Positions 19,756 to 29,060 of a DNA stretch of 48,095 bases are shown here, piece after piece; positions within the stretch are counted from its first letter, which is position 1; the number at the start of each line of letters is the position of its first letter. Where the stretch lies: the NCBI GenBank assembly GCA_029941565.1, contig JAPYRN010000016.1, positions 2,845-50,939 on the forward strand, in the 5' to 3' direction. The notes beneath the pieces are model-generated. The model did no database searches and was not told the origin of the DNA. It was given only the letters and a program-made list of their open reading frames with translations. The stretch is from Candidatus Latescibacterota bacterium. GTDB taxonomy: Bacteria; Latescibacterota; UBA2968; UBA8231. The position numbers and the translations under genes were made by a program.

Positions 19756-20439
19756 ATGGCAGATCACGTGCTCCGGCTGTTCCTCGATCGCTTCGCGTCG
19801 AAGACGAGGCTCGAAGCGCCGCTGCCCGCTGCTCTCCGCTACATCTATGTCGCTGAGGGCATGGCGACGCTGCGCGCCGGCGGCGGGGTATCGACGCTGA
19901 CTGCCGACTCTGGCTGGTTTCACGACACCACATCACACGTGGGGGCTGCTGGCGATGGCGCCGTGCTGCTACGCTGGGAGCTGACCTGTGATCCGGAACC
20001 GGATGACGGCGTCGCCACAGGCAGCGGCGTGGATTCACAACGCCTCCTCGACGCCCGGCTCGAGCTCGACGACGCCGACGGTTATCTGTTGCGTGGTGAC
20101 AAGGTCGAGTTGCCGCCCGGTGGCATCGCCTACCGGCACACGCACGCCGGTGCTGGCATACGTTGCCTGGTGCAAGGTCGGTTCTTCGTCTCGACAGAGG
20201 GAACCGAGCACAGCTACAAACAGTACGAACCCTGGTTCGAAGCCGGACCCGATCCGGTTCTGGCCTGGGCACCGGAATCCGAACCTGGCCACTTCGCCCG
20301 CGTCATGATCCTGCCCCGCCGGCTCCATGGCGCCAGCTCCATCCGCTACATGGACGAAGCTGACCGTGATCGTCCAAAACCGCAGAAATACACCGTCTTC
20401 GCCGACGAGCCGATCGAGCTACCCCGAAGCTGCGGCTAA
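19756..20439 (+). CDS. Cupin-domain hypothetical protein.
   Basis: LRGDKVELPPGGIAYRHTHAGAGIRCLVQGRF resembles a cupin motif. No closer assignment possible. Confidence 0.45.
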   Translation: MADHVLRLFLDRFASKTRLEAPLPAALRYIYVAEGMATLRAGGGVSTLTADSGWFHDTTSHVGAAGDGAVLLRWELTCDPEPDDGVATGSGVDSQRLLDARLELDDADGYLLRGDKVELPPGGIAYRHTHAGAGIRCLVQGRFFVSTEGTEHSYKQYEPWFEAGPDPVLAWAPESEPGHFARVMILPRRLHGASSIRYMDEADRDRPKPQKYTVFADEPIELPRSCG

Positions 20440-21863
20440 GTCAGTGGTGGTATGACACAAAGAGATGGATCGGTGTTGACCCGACCGCCCCTTTTGAGCG
20501 TCGCAACCGTGGCGCGTCCGGGTCCCGAATCGCTGACGCGAAACTTGCTGTTGTCCAGCCACGGGATCGGTACCTCCTCAGGCGGGTCGAGCTGAGGCAC
20601 CCACTCGTACGGAATCCGATACGCACGAAAGACCTGGTTGTGACGAAATTTGGGATCTACATATGGACTGATGTATTCCCAGACGATGTCGTGCTGGGGT
20701 GTCACTTCGATGAATCGGCCATCGGAGCCCTCGGCAATCAAGGTGTTGCCATTCGGGAGTCTTTGGGCTGAGCTGACAAGGACGCTGTAGAAGCGGCTGT
20801 CATGCACGACGGGAGCCCCGCCACCCTCCCGGGCACTATACTGCCAGAGGATTTCCAGCGTGACCGGATCGAACTCGATGACACGGGAGTACGGTCGGAT
20901 GACGTTGTTGTGACCGGTTGGTGCTCCAGGATTGGGATCGCCATAGCCGCCACGCCCACCATTGTCGAAGACCAGCAGGTTGCCTTCGCCGGGCAGACCG
21001 CGCGGGATCATGTGCGCGTGGTGCGGCCCGATAATGCAGCCAAGTTTGCGTAACGCCGGGTTATGATCGTAGTCCGGTCCCAGACGCCATGTAATGTTGT
21101 GTGGTTTCCGTCGGTTGATGATGACCATCGTATTTAGCTGTCGGCAGCTGGCGATGAGATTCTCTTTGTGGAATCGTGCGTCGCCTGCATCATGCCATCT
21201 GTTGGGGCCCAGTTTTGACAGGCTGTTTACGTGGGCCCAGTCGCCCATGCCGCCGCCAGCCGCTACGATGTTGGGATTGCGATACATCGTGTTCAACGCT
21301 GCTTCGCTGAATCCCATCTCTCCCAGGTGCTCGGCGAAGGACCATTCCCACGTGATCTCCCCCTCCCACGTGACGTCGATGATCGTGTCGTCCAGGATGT
21401 TTCCAGGGGCGATGTGCGGTGCCTCGATGTTCTTGTGTGCCAGTATGACTGTGCTGCCAGCGAACGCCTTTGGTGTCATTCCCGGCACATAGTAACCGAC
21501 AGGGTTCCCGGAACGTTGAAAGTCGTGGTGCTGACGGGCCATCCACTGCCTCTTTCGCCCATCTCGGGTGCGCTCGTAATTCGCGAACTTCCAGATGACA
21601 TTGCCATCCCAATCGACCTGGATCAGATCGGTCATGTCGAGATAGCCGTACTTAGGATTGCGACGCGCCGTGCTGCCCATGACGAAACCACCTGGCATCG
21701 GCTTGGCGGGAAAGCCTTCCAATCCTTTCCAGAGATGGGCGACATTCCCATTCATGTCGACCAGGGCAACACCTTCGTGCGAGCGAAAGCAGGTGTATCC
21801 GTTGAAGCAATGGTCCGGATCGTAGATCGTTGACCCGGTGGGGTAGACGCTGGGGTAACCCAT
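20436..21863 (-). CDS. Arylsulfotransferase (ASST) family beta-propeller protein. No signal peptide.
   Basis: GDWAHVNSL and the repeated propeller-like segments are characteristic of ASST. The start is taken at ATG 21863 (MGYPSVYPTG...) because the upstream 79 codons of the listed ORF look non-coding. Confidence 0.75.
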   Translation of the reverse strand: MGYPSVYPTGSTIYDPDHCFNGYTCFRSHEGVALVDMNGNVAHLWKGLEGFPAKPMPGGFVMGSTARRNPKYGYLDMTDLIQVDWDGNVIWKFANYERTRDGRKRQWMARQHHDFQRSGNPVGYYVPGMTPKAFAGSTVILAHKNIEAPHIAPGNILDDTIIDVTWEGEITWEWSFAEHLGEMGFSEAALNTMYRNPNIVAAGGGMGDWAHVNSLSKLGPNRWHDAGDARFHKENLIASCRQLNTMVIINRRKPHNITWRLGPDYDHNPALRKLGCIIGPHHAHMIPRGLPGEGNLLVFDNGGRGGYGDPNPGAPTGHNNVIRPYSRVIEFDPVTLEILWQYSAREGGGAPVVHDSRFYSVLVSSAQRLPNGNTLIAEGSDGRFIEVTPQHDIVWEYISPYVDPKFRHNQVFRAYRIPYEWVPQLDPPEEVPIPWLDNSKFRVSDSGPGRATVATLKRGGRVNTDPSLCVIPPLT

Positions 21864-21956
21864 TCGGTCTTTCCGTCTCTCTTTTTCGTAGAGTTGTACT
21901 GCTTGTCGAATTTGGATGAATATCAAACGCACCGTTTTCTCGATCAAGGAATAACG
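21864..21956. promoter_or_regulatory. AT-rich divergent promoter region between the ASST gene (-) and sulfatase 2 (+).
   Basis: 93-bp, visibly AT-rich spacer (ttttcgtagagttgtactgcttgtcgaatttggatgaatatcaaacgcaccgttttctcg) between divergent starts. Confidence 0.35.
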
Positions 21957-23405
21957 ATGGATTCTGCCACAAAAAGACCGAACATCCTCTTGTTTATAGC
22001 CGACGGCATGCAGGCCCGTACGATTTCGGACGGTCATGACTGCATAACACCGACGATTGATGGGTTGATCCAAAGAGGTGTTAGAGTAACGGGTGCTCAT
22101 ACGCCACTGCCGACCTGCTCGCCGGCACGTGCAAGTCTGATGACCGGGCTGCTACCGCATAACCACGGTGTGCTCGAAGTCGAACACGGCGTCGATGACG
22201 ATCAGTGTGTGCTGCGTACACAACACCCTCACTGGGCACAACATCTGCGGGCCTCCGGTTATGACACCGGCTACTTTGGCAAGTGGCACGTCGAGCGGGC
22301 CGGTGAGCTTGGGCAATTCGGCTGGGATACATTTGACATCCGTGGCGCACGTAGTCATGCCAACGCGTCGCAGAAAGGGCTTGGCGTCGACGACTCGATG
22401 GATGCGGCCAGCGTGCGCCTTTACCAGGGACCCGAAGGGTACAACGACACGCTCAAGTATGCATTGACCGACGTCCCCGCGAATGACAGAGCCATCGGCG
22501 GCCCGGCGACACTAGCGTGCGACTGGGTGAAAGATAAATCAGCGCAGAAGCCTTGGTGTTGCGTTGTCAGCTACTACGAGCCCAATGAATCGCTGGTCGT
22601 GGGACGGGAAGCGTACCAGCAGTACGATGTCGACCAGATTTCACTACCGGCGAATCTTCGTGACGATATGGAGAAAAAGCCGAACCTCTACCGACGCAAT
22701 CAACAGATCTGGCAGGATGTCAGCGATGCTGAGTGGCGACAGATTCTGGCCTGCTACTATGGGCGCATCACCGAATTGGACGCACAGGTCAGACGCGTGC
22801 TGGATCTGCTGGAGTCCACGGGACAGCTGCAGAACACGATCGTCATCTTTACCTCAGACCACGGCCGCTATGTGGGCGGTCACGGGCTGGAAGCACACAA
22901 TTTTGGGGCCTTCGAGGAGATCTACAATGTGCCGCTCGTTGTTGCCGGACCTGGTGTTGCAGCGGGCCAGACGACGGATGCGATTGTTGGTTTCCACGAC
23001 CTCTGCCCGACGATCCTGGAACTTGCGGGAGAGAAGGCTTTCGAACCATTGGATTCCCGGTCCTTTTTGGATCTGCTCAGGGATCCGGATGGCGCCGCCC
23101 CGAACCATCGACAGGGGTATGCAGAATACTTCGGCTCACGTTTCCGTCTGACACAGCGGCTGTACTGGGAAGATGAATGGAAATTCGTCTTTAACGGATT
23201 CGACTTTGACGAACTCTACAACCTGGCACAGGATCCCCTGGAAATGACGAATCTCGTCGCCCTGCCTGAACACGCGGATCGCGTCAAACGAATGATGACC
23301 GGCGTTTGGCGACGGATGCACGAAACGGGGGATACAACGCTGCTCAACTCACACTACCACTCGATGCGTTTTGCCATGGTGGGGCCAAATACCGGTACCG
23401 CATGA
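21957..23405 (+). CDS. Cys-type sulfatase (copy 2). No signal peptide.
   Basis: Start MDSATKRPNILLFIADGMQA. Formylglycine motif C-S-P-A-R-ASLMTG. C-terminal sulfatase block (LYNLAQDPLEMTNL). Confidence 0.9.
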   Translation: MDSATKRPNILLFIADGMQARTISDGHDCITPTIDGLIQRGVRVTGAHTPLPTCSPARASLMTGLLPHNHGVLEVEHGVDDDQCVLRTQHPHWAQHLRASGYDTGYFGKWHVERAGELGQFGWDTFDIRGARSHANASQKGLGVDDSMDAASVRLYQGPEGYNDTLKYALTDVPANDRAIGGPATLACDWVKDKSAQKPWCCVVSYYEPNESLVVGREAYQQYDVDQISLPANLRDDMEKKPNLYRRNQQIWQDVSDAEWRQILACYYGRITELDAQVRRVLDLLESTGQLQNTIVIFTSDHGRYVGGHGLEAHNFGAFEEIYNVPLVVAGPGVAAGQTTDAIVGFHDLCPTILELAGEKAFEPLDSRSFLDLLRDPDGAAPNHRQGYAEYFGSRFRLTQRLYWEDEWKFVFNGFDFDELYNLAQDPLEMTNLVALPEHADRVKRMMTGVWRRMHETGDTTLLNSHYHSMRFAMVGPNTGTA

Positions 23406-23651
23406 CAGTCTGCCGGAGTTGTCTGCTACTGATGCCTGTCTGGCAGCAAAACCCATCATCTCCATGTCTTCTCTGCGGGCTGCACAGACCAAGCGTCGAT
23501 TGGCGGAACTACCCTGGAAGCAGATACAGGATTACGCCGATGCGAAGTCAGCGGTGATCGAGGAGATCCTCACCAGAGCTCAAGACGGTACTTGATATCG
23601 CTCGGACACAGCATGGTATGATCGGGATTGTGACGTCGTGCCTGTTGCTGA

Positions 23652-24275
23652 TCAGTGCGTTGGCGACAGCGCCCCCTGCAGTCGCGCCCACAAGGCCGGG
23701 CTCACCTTGTTTTTCACCATCTCCGGCTGCCGCTCGATCCGTTGCAGTAGTGTGCTCGCATCCTGCAGGTTGAGTTCGATGCGGTTGGCCACGTGTGCGA
23801 GCAGGACCGATCTGGCGAGACGCAGCACGAGTCCGGCGATGGCGCTCCCCGCCTGTACGGAGACGGTCAGTTCCCCTGCAACCCCCTCGACGTCCACCGC
23901 CGTGTCGAGGACGAAGACCGCGTTCCCTTCGTTCATGAATGGCACCGCCCTATGGTCGACCGCTCCCGCCACCAGGTAACGTCGGCGACGCGGCGAGGCT
24001 TCGACGACGGCGACCTTGCCCGCCAGGCCGGTGGGATCACTCACGTACAGTGCAGAACCCTCGGCGCGCACGGCATACGCCGGACCATAGCCGTAGGCAT
24101 TCCATAGATCGGCGAACAGCAGCGGGTCGGCGACCATCGCCTGCCAGGTGGCGTCGGTGCATGGCAGACGGAACGACGTCCGGTAGGTGATGTCGGCGTC
24201 GGCGCTGACCGCCTCTAACGCCGTGTCGTTGTCAGCATGGGCCAGTACAACGGCGAACACCAGGACGAGCAGCAT
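23652..24275 (-). CDS. Hypothetical exported/membrane-anchored protein. The ORF may continue upstream to ATG 24443 through an in-frame TAG.
   Basis: Hydrophobic N-terminus MLLVLVFAVVLAHA followed by DND.... See finding on the in-frame amber codon at 24411-24413. Confidence 0.45.
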   Translation of the reverse strand: MLLVLVFAVVLAHADNDTALEAVSADADITYRTSFRLPCTDATWQAMVADPLLFADLWNAYGYGPAYAVRAEGSALYVSDPTGLAGKVAVVEASPRRRRYLVAGAVDHRAVPFMNEGNAVFVLDTAVDVEGVAGELTVSVQAGSAIAGLVLRLARSVLLAHVANRIELNLQDASTLLQRIERQPEMVKNKVSPALWARLQGALSPTH

Positions 24276-24722
24276 CAGCGGTTGCTTCCCGACGCCAGCG
24301 ACCGAGCCGATGAAGGCCGTCGATTCAGCTTCCGGCGCCAGCAGGCCGGTGTTGTCGATGACCTTGATGACGAGCTCCTCGGTCTCGAGGATGATGCTCG
24401 GGTCGTCGGACTAGGGGATGTAGCAGATCTCGGTATACTGCATGGTCTACTCTCCACCAGGCATCGGTCGAAGCGTATCACTGACTTGTGCGGCAATACG
24501 GTCAAGCAGCTGCTGGGCGCTGACAACCGACCGTTCTGCGTCGCCGGACATGCCGCGGCGATAGACCATGGCGAAATCACCCGCGGTGAACTGCCCATCG
24601 CGCAGATCGAGTGGCTCTTCGAGCCGCCAGCGGCATCTGCAGTTCGCCTCGCAACCCGCCTGGAGTTGGATCGCCGCCCCAGTTGGACCCGACTGCCGGG
24701 GTCGGTTCTCGAGCGGGTTGAG

Positions 24723-25154
24723 CTACGCGTCCTCTCGAACGACCCAATTCTCACATTGCAGGTCTGTGACACGCGAAAACTCCTGAAGATTGTCGGTGAC
24801 CAGTCTGGCACCCGTCGCGATGGCGTGTCCTGCGATCAGCGTGTCATTGTGGCCGATGGGCGTACCACGAGACTCAAGATCCGCCTTGACGGTCGTCGAC
24901 GACTCCACGGCTGCCTTGTCCCAAGCCAGGACTCCATCCAGCCTCTCGATGAATTCAGAGACGACGCCCGCGATCTTTGGGCTGGCTTTCTTGCTGGCGG
25001 CTCCAAACCTCAACTCGGCATACGTGATGGCAGACACCACGACCTGGTGTCCCGAGACGACGGTCTGTTGCAGTTTGTCGAGCAAGTAATCAGGCCGCTG
25101 CCGTATCAGGAAACTGCAGGTGTTCGTGTCCAGCATGAAGACTTCCTTATTCAT
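24723..25154 (-). CDS. vapC: VapC-type PIN-domain toxin (TA module 1).
   Basis: MLDTNTCSFLI...ITYAELRFG...DTLIAGHAIATGARLVTDNLQEF are PIN acidic and catalytic residues. Overlaps the upstream antitoxin by 8 nt. Confidence 0.85.
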   Translation of the reverse strand: MNKEVFMLDTNTCSFLIRQRPDYLLDKLQQTVVSGHQVVVSAITYAELRFGAASKKASPKIAGVVSEFIERLDGVLAWDKAAVESSTTVKADLESRGTPIGHNDTLIAGHAIATGARLVTDNLQEFSRVTDLQCENWVVREDA

Positions 25155-25380
25155 CGAATTCCACCCGCCCGCCCTGTATTACATCGTGACGTTCAGTTTG
25201 GAATCTGTCGTCCACAGAGGCTGTCTCCGCAAAGCTCTTCCAGCTCTTTCGGACCGGCGTCAGGACAATCGAGTTTCCCTGACGGCGGATCTCGACTTCA
25301 GAAACTCCCTCGAACTCAAGCCCCCTGGGCAATCTGACCGCCTGGTTACTGCCGTTCTTGAACAAACTCGCCGTCGTCAT
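25147..25380 (-). CDS. vapB: AbrB/MazE/SpoVT-family antitoxin VapB (TA module 1).
   Basis: MTTASLFKNGSNQAVRLPRGLEFEGVSEVEIRRQGNSIVLTP is a swapped-hairpin barrel antitoxin signature. Start taken at the internal ATG (25380). Confidence 0.8.
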   Translation of the reverse strand: MTTASLFKNGSNQAVRLPRGLEFEGVSEVEIRRQGNSIVLTPVRKSWKSFAETASVDDRFQTERHDVIQGGRVEFDE

Positions 25381-25467
25381 GATCGCGACCTCCTCTGTCC
25401 TGACGCTAGTATAGGTCCGAGCGAACATATGTCAAGCATATGCTATTGTTCCCCGACGGCAAGACCC

Positions 25468-26628
25468 TTACCAATTGGTGTAGGAGCCATCCCGGCGGTG
25501 CAGGTGCGGCGCCTCCCAGAACCTGAAAGCCTGGGCCGCCACAGCCTCCTCATTTACTTCCACACCGAGGCCGGGGCCATTGGGCACGGCAAACCGGTCC
25601 CCCTCCAGTTGCAGCTGCTGCGGGAACAACTCGTCGTCCTGCGAACGCGAACGTTCGGTGGGGCTGACGCGGGCTTCCAGCCAGGCGAAGTTGGGCACCG
25701 AGGCGCCAAGATGGACACTGGCTGCGGTGCAGATCGGGCCGAGTGGATTGTGTGGCATCAGGTCGATGTAGTGCGTCTCGGCCAGGGCAGCGACCTTCAT
25801 GCTCTCGGTAAAGCCGCCGATATTGCAGACGTCGATGCGGGCAAACTGCGTGATCCCCTGTTCCAGATATGGCGCGAACTGCCACTTGCTGGAAAACTCC
25901 TCGCCGATGGCGAAAGGCACGTCCACCATCGTGCGCAGGGACTGATACGCCTCCGGCGTCTCGTCGCGGATCGGCTCTTCGAGAAAGTCGAGTGTACCAG
26001 CGGGCATGCGCTGGCAGAACGACGCCGTCTCGGCGACACTCAATCGGTGGTGATAGTCGATGCCGAGCACGGGATCCGGGCCCAGTTCCTGGCGTAAAAC
26101 CGTAAGCCACTCGGCGGTGACACCGATCGACTCACGTGGCTCGAACAGATCTGCCGCATCCGCGTCCCGGCGCTTGGCCATCCCCGTGCGGATGACCGAC
26201 CAGCCTTTGTCCAGCAGCAGCTTCGAATTTTCGATCAATTGCTGCATGGATGCCGCGTTGGTGGTAGCGAAGCAGGGGACGAAGTCGCGATGCTTGCCAC
26301 CAAGCAGTTGATAAACCGGTACTCCGAGCGCCTTACCGTGCACATCATGGAGGGCGATGTCGATAGCCGAAATCGCACCCGTCAGAATGCGGCCGCCCTC
26401 GAAATACTGGCCCCGATACAGCTCCTGCCACAGGGGGCCCGGCTGCCTAGGATCGCGACCGATCAAGAACTCACGGAAGTGCTCGACGGCACCCTTCACG
26501 GCGAGCTCGCGACCGGATACACCGGCCTCGCCCCAGCCATGAATCCCCTCATCCGTCTCGACCTTGACGATGAGCTGATTGCGACTCCCCACCCAGGCTG
26601 GGTATACCTTGATATCGGTGATCTTCAC
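25468..26628 (-). CDS. Enolase-superfamily sugar-acid dehydratase of the D-galactonate/D-mannonate dehydratase (DgoD/ManD) subgroup.
   Basis: N-terminus MKITDIKVYP...LIVKVETDEGIHGWGEAG, AISAIDIALHDVHGKALGVPVYQLLGG, the barrel domain, and a C-terminus ...RDGSYTNW resembling the DgoD end ...DNSVAEW. Confidence 0.85.
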   Translation of the reverse strand: MKITDIKVYPAWVGSRNQLIVKVETDEGIHGWGEAGVSGRELAVKGAVEHFREFLIGRDPRQPGPLWQELYRGQYFEGGRILTGAISAIDIALHDVHGKALGVPVYQLLGGKHRDFVPCFATTNAASMQQLIENSKLLLDKGWSVIRTGMAKRRDADAADLFEPRESIGVTAEWLTVLRQELGPDPVLGIDYHHRLSVAETASFCQRMPAGTLDFLEEPIRDETPEAYQSLRTMVDVPFAIGEEFSSKWQFAPYLEQGITQFARIDVCNIGGFTESMKVAALAETHYIDLMPHNPLGPICTAASVHLGASVPNFAWLEARVSPTERSRSQDDELFPQQLQLEGDRFAVPNGPGLGVEVNEEAVAAQAFRFWEAPHLHRRDGSYTNW

Positions 26629-26724
26629 GGATTTCCTCCTTGATCCACTTGCGAAATACCTAGTACAGCCTAGCGTTCGACAGCGAGAGATCTTAGAGCG
26701 ATTGATTCGGACCAGAGAGCGCCA

Positions 26725-28188
26725 TTATGGATTTTTCTCGCCTGGTGCTGCAACGTAAGTGCAGGCGATCTCCGGGGCTGTGTCGCTTCCGTCAATCAGC
26801 TCCCGCAAGGCTGCGTGCAGACGCGCCGCTTCCTGGGGATGGTCCTGCAGGATATTGTCAGTCTGGTCCGGGTCCACCCTCAGATCAAACAACTCGTCCA
26901 CTCGACGTTCTGGCATGCCGGTGTTGGCATAGGTCTCCTGACGCACAGGGTGGCCCCTGTACGACAGATCCTTGTTCGGCCAGTATTGCAGTGACCAGGT
27001 GCCATCCGTCACCGACGCCGGCACCGTTCCCCAGTGGTCGTCCAGGTTGCGGCCGCTGATAGCAAACTCCCGGTGCGCCCGCTCCGGAGCAGCGATCACT
27101 GGAGCGAAGGATCGGCCATGCAGCCCATTCGGCGCCTGAAGTTCGGCCATCGTACACAGGGTCGGAAACAGATCCACGGGCTGCACAAGCGCCTGGGAGT
27201 ACGCGCCCTGGGGCCCGCCCGGATGCCGCAGCATGAAGGCCTGACGAATCATCGGTTCATACAGCTGACCCAGATCCCCCCACGGTTTGCCCTGCAGGCC
27301 GTGGTCCCCGAAGTAGTGGCCGTGATCGGACATCAGCAGAACCAGTGTATTGTCGTTCAGACCCAGCAGGTCGACGGTGTCGAGGAAATACCCGAGCCAG
27401 CGATCTGTCATCGTCACTTCGGCGGCATACAACGCCCGCGTGTGGTTCAACTCGGCCTCGCTCATGAAGTCGAGGGAGAAGCCGTAGCATGGATACTGAA
27501 TCTCGTCGCCCGCCCAGCCCGGGTCGTACATGTCGACGTAGTACTGGGGCGGATCCCAGGGCTCGTGCGGGTCCCAGCTGTCAATCCAGAGGAAGAAGGG
27601 GGATTGGTAGTTCTTCTCCAGCCAGTGCGTTGCCTCACGAAACACACGAGGGCCCAGGTAGTCGCACTCGTAACGGCGGCGACTCTGGTTCAGCATATAT
27701 CGTTTGAGTCCGGCCTTGACCTTGTGCTCCGCCGCCGGCAACTGGATGTCGATGGTGGCATCAGCGATCCACGGTTCTCCTCCCTGACCGCGGATCCATT
27801 CGATCGAACCGAAACCACGGTCGAGAAAGTTGCCCTGCGTCATGAACATGGGCGTGTCGAAGATCAGACCCGTGGTGTAGCCGGACTGGCGGAAACTTTC
27901 CGCCATCGTCGGCAGGTGCCGCTCCATCTCGTCCCAGGTGTTGAAGGGATGCCCCCACCGACCGGTGAACAGATCCCGGCGACAGGGCAGCGTCGGGAAG
28001 GAGCCGGCATAGGCCCGATCGAAAATCAGCGACTGCTGGGCGAAACAATCCATCGCCGGTGTTCGGGCCCGCGCCACACCGGCACCACCCGGCCAGTGCG
28101 CCGCATCTTTGCCGCCGGTATGCGCCTTGCCGTAGGCGCCGACGTGGTCGGTGCGCAGCGAGTCGAGCATGATACAGATGACGTTCAT
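26725..28188 (-). CDS. Sulfatase-fold (alkaline-phosphatase superfamily) enzyme with Thr at the formylglycine-precursor position. No signal peptide.
   Basis: N-terminus MNVICIMLDSLRTDHVGAYG. The segment aligning to C-x-P-x-R-xxxxTGR reads T-L-P-C-R-RDLFTGR, i.e. T-x-P-x-R. Conserved C-terminal sulfatase-family blocks are present. Confidence 0.8.
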   Translation of the reverse strand: MNVICIMLDSLRTDHVGAYGKAHTGGKDAAHWPGGAGVARARTPAMDCFAQQSLIFDRAYAGSFPTLPCRRDLFTGRWGHPFNTWDEMERHLPTMAESFRQSGYTTGLIFDTPMFMTQGNFLDRGFGSIEWIRGQGGEPWIADATIDIQLPAAEHKVKAGLKRYMLNQSRRRYECDYLGPRVFREATHWLEKNYQSPFFLWIDSWDPHEPWDPPQYYVDMYDPGWAGDEIQYPCYGFSLDFMSEAELNHTRALYAAEVTMTDRWLGYFLDTVDLLGLNDNTLVLLMSDHGHYFGDHGLQGKPWGDLGQLYEPMIRQAFMLRHPGGPQGAYSQALVQPVDLFPTLCTMAELQAPNGLHGRSFAPVIAAPERAHREFAISGRNLDDHWGTVPASVTDGTWSLQYWPNKDLSYRGHPVRQETYANTGMPERRVDELFDLRVDPDQTDNILQDHPQEAARLHAALRELIDGSDTAPEIACTYVAAPGEKNP

Positions 28189-29060
28189 GGCAGACTCCGT
28201 TGCGTGTGGGCTCGCCCGATCCGGGCCGTCTCCTCACTGCCGCCAGCGATCACGCGTGCCCCGCCGTCGATCTTCTCGACGACGTTATCCGGTTTGGCTG
28301 AACTCAGGAAAGCGACACCGTTGGCCGCGCAGGCGTCGCGCACACGATCGTGCGTTTCAAGCATCTGTGCAGACCACGGGTCTGGTACCCGCAGGTATCC
28401 CAGTGACATGCTCAGGTCACCGGGACCCATCTCGGCGAAGCCGATGCCCGGTACGGCGAGAATCTCTTCAATGTGCGGCAATGCCGCCTTCGATTCGATC
28501 TTCAAACCCAACAGCAACTCGCCCTCGGGGTTCAGTGGCCAGGGATCGGCACAGCGTATATAGTCATCTCGAGCCAGGCCCCAGACCCTGGTCGCTGTCG
28601 GTTCAGAGCCGACGCCTCGACGCCCCTCGCCGAGGCCGTTGCCGACACCGATGCGGTTGATCGGATAGCGGCAGCTCTCGACAAAAGCCCGCACGGCCCC
28701 GGCCGTTTCGGCCTGGCACAACAGGATCCCGTGTACTCCTCGAGCCAGGATCTGGCGAAACTGCCAGGCGTTGAAACGCACGATCTCTTCGGACACGGCC
28801 TCGACAGGGGATTCGACGATCACCGTGGGTGTGCGGTGGCCGCTGCGGGTCGGCCCCGCGCCGACAAGGCCGGTCATGTATTGGTCCAGGCCTGTCATGT
28901 CGAAGGCGCCGTGCTCCATACCGATGTTGATGTAGTCGGCCCATGTGTCCGCATCCTGCTGGCCCTGCGCCTGCGTCAGCACGTGTCCGGTGTGGCTGCC
29001 CATGTAGTAGACGGGCTGGTCGTCGGTGAGCAGTTCGATCGTTCGGTTGATTCGGGTCAT
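28185..29060 (-). CDS. HpcH/HpaI-family class II aldolase (2-keto-3-deoxy-sugar-acid aldolase-like).
   Basis: Start MTRINRTIELL. Its TGA overlaps the sulfatase-fold gene start (ATGA). Family blocks ...GVHGILLCQAE... and ...LGLKIESKAAL... Confidence 0.75.
   Translation of the reverse strand: MTRINRTIELLTDDQPVYYMGSHTGHVLTQAQGQQDADTWADYINIGMEHGAFDMTGLDQYMTGLVGAGPTRSGHRTPTVIVESPVEAVSEEIVRFNAWQFRQILARGVHGILLCQAETAGAVRAFVESCRYPINRIGVGNGLGEGRRGVGSEPTATRVWGLARDDYIRCADPWPLNPEGELLLGLKIESKAALPHIEEILAVPGIGFAEMGPGDLSMSLGYLRVPDPWSAQMLETHDRVRDACAANGVAFLSSAKPDNVVEKIDGGARVIAGGSEETARIGRAHTQRSLP

Noticed and set aside
23464-23595. 43-codon ORF MSSLRAAQTKRRLAELPWKQIQDYADAKSAVIEEILTRAQDGT downstream of sulfatase 2.
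   Set aside because: It is short, has no RBS, and has no recognisable family. It cannot be distinguished from chance in GC-rich DNA, so it is left uncalled.
24411-24413. Pyrrolysine or amber-suppression decoding of the in-frame TAG.
   Set aside because: Several neighbouring genes in this window terminate with TAG. Pyl systems are rare and no pyl genes are seen. Nonsense mutation or a leader peptide is more parsimonious.
27034-28563. 509-aa plus-strand ORF and other long ORFs antisense to the sulfatase-fold and aldolase genes. Similarly 36097..37248 (+) and 24237..25337 (+).
   Set aside because: They are antisense to well-supported genes, with no motifs and low-complexity composition.
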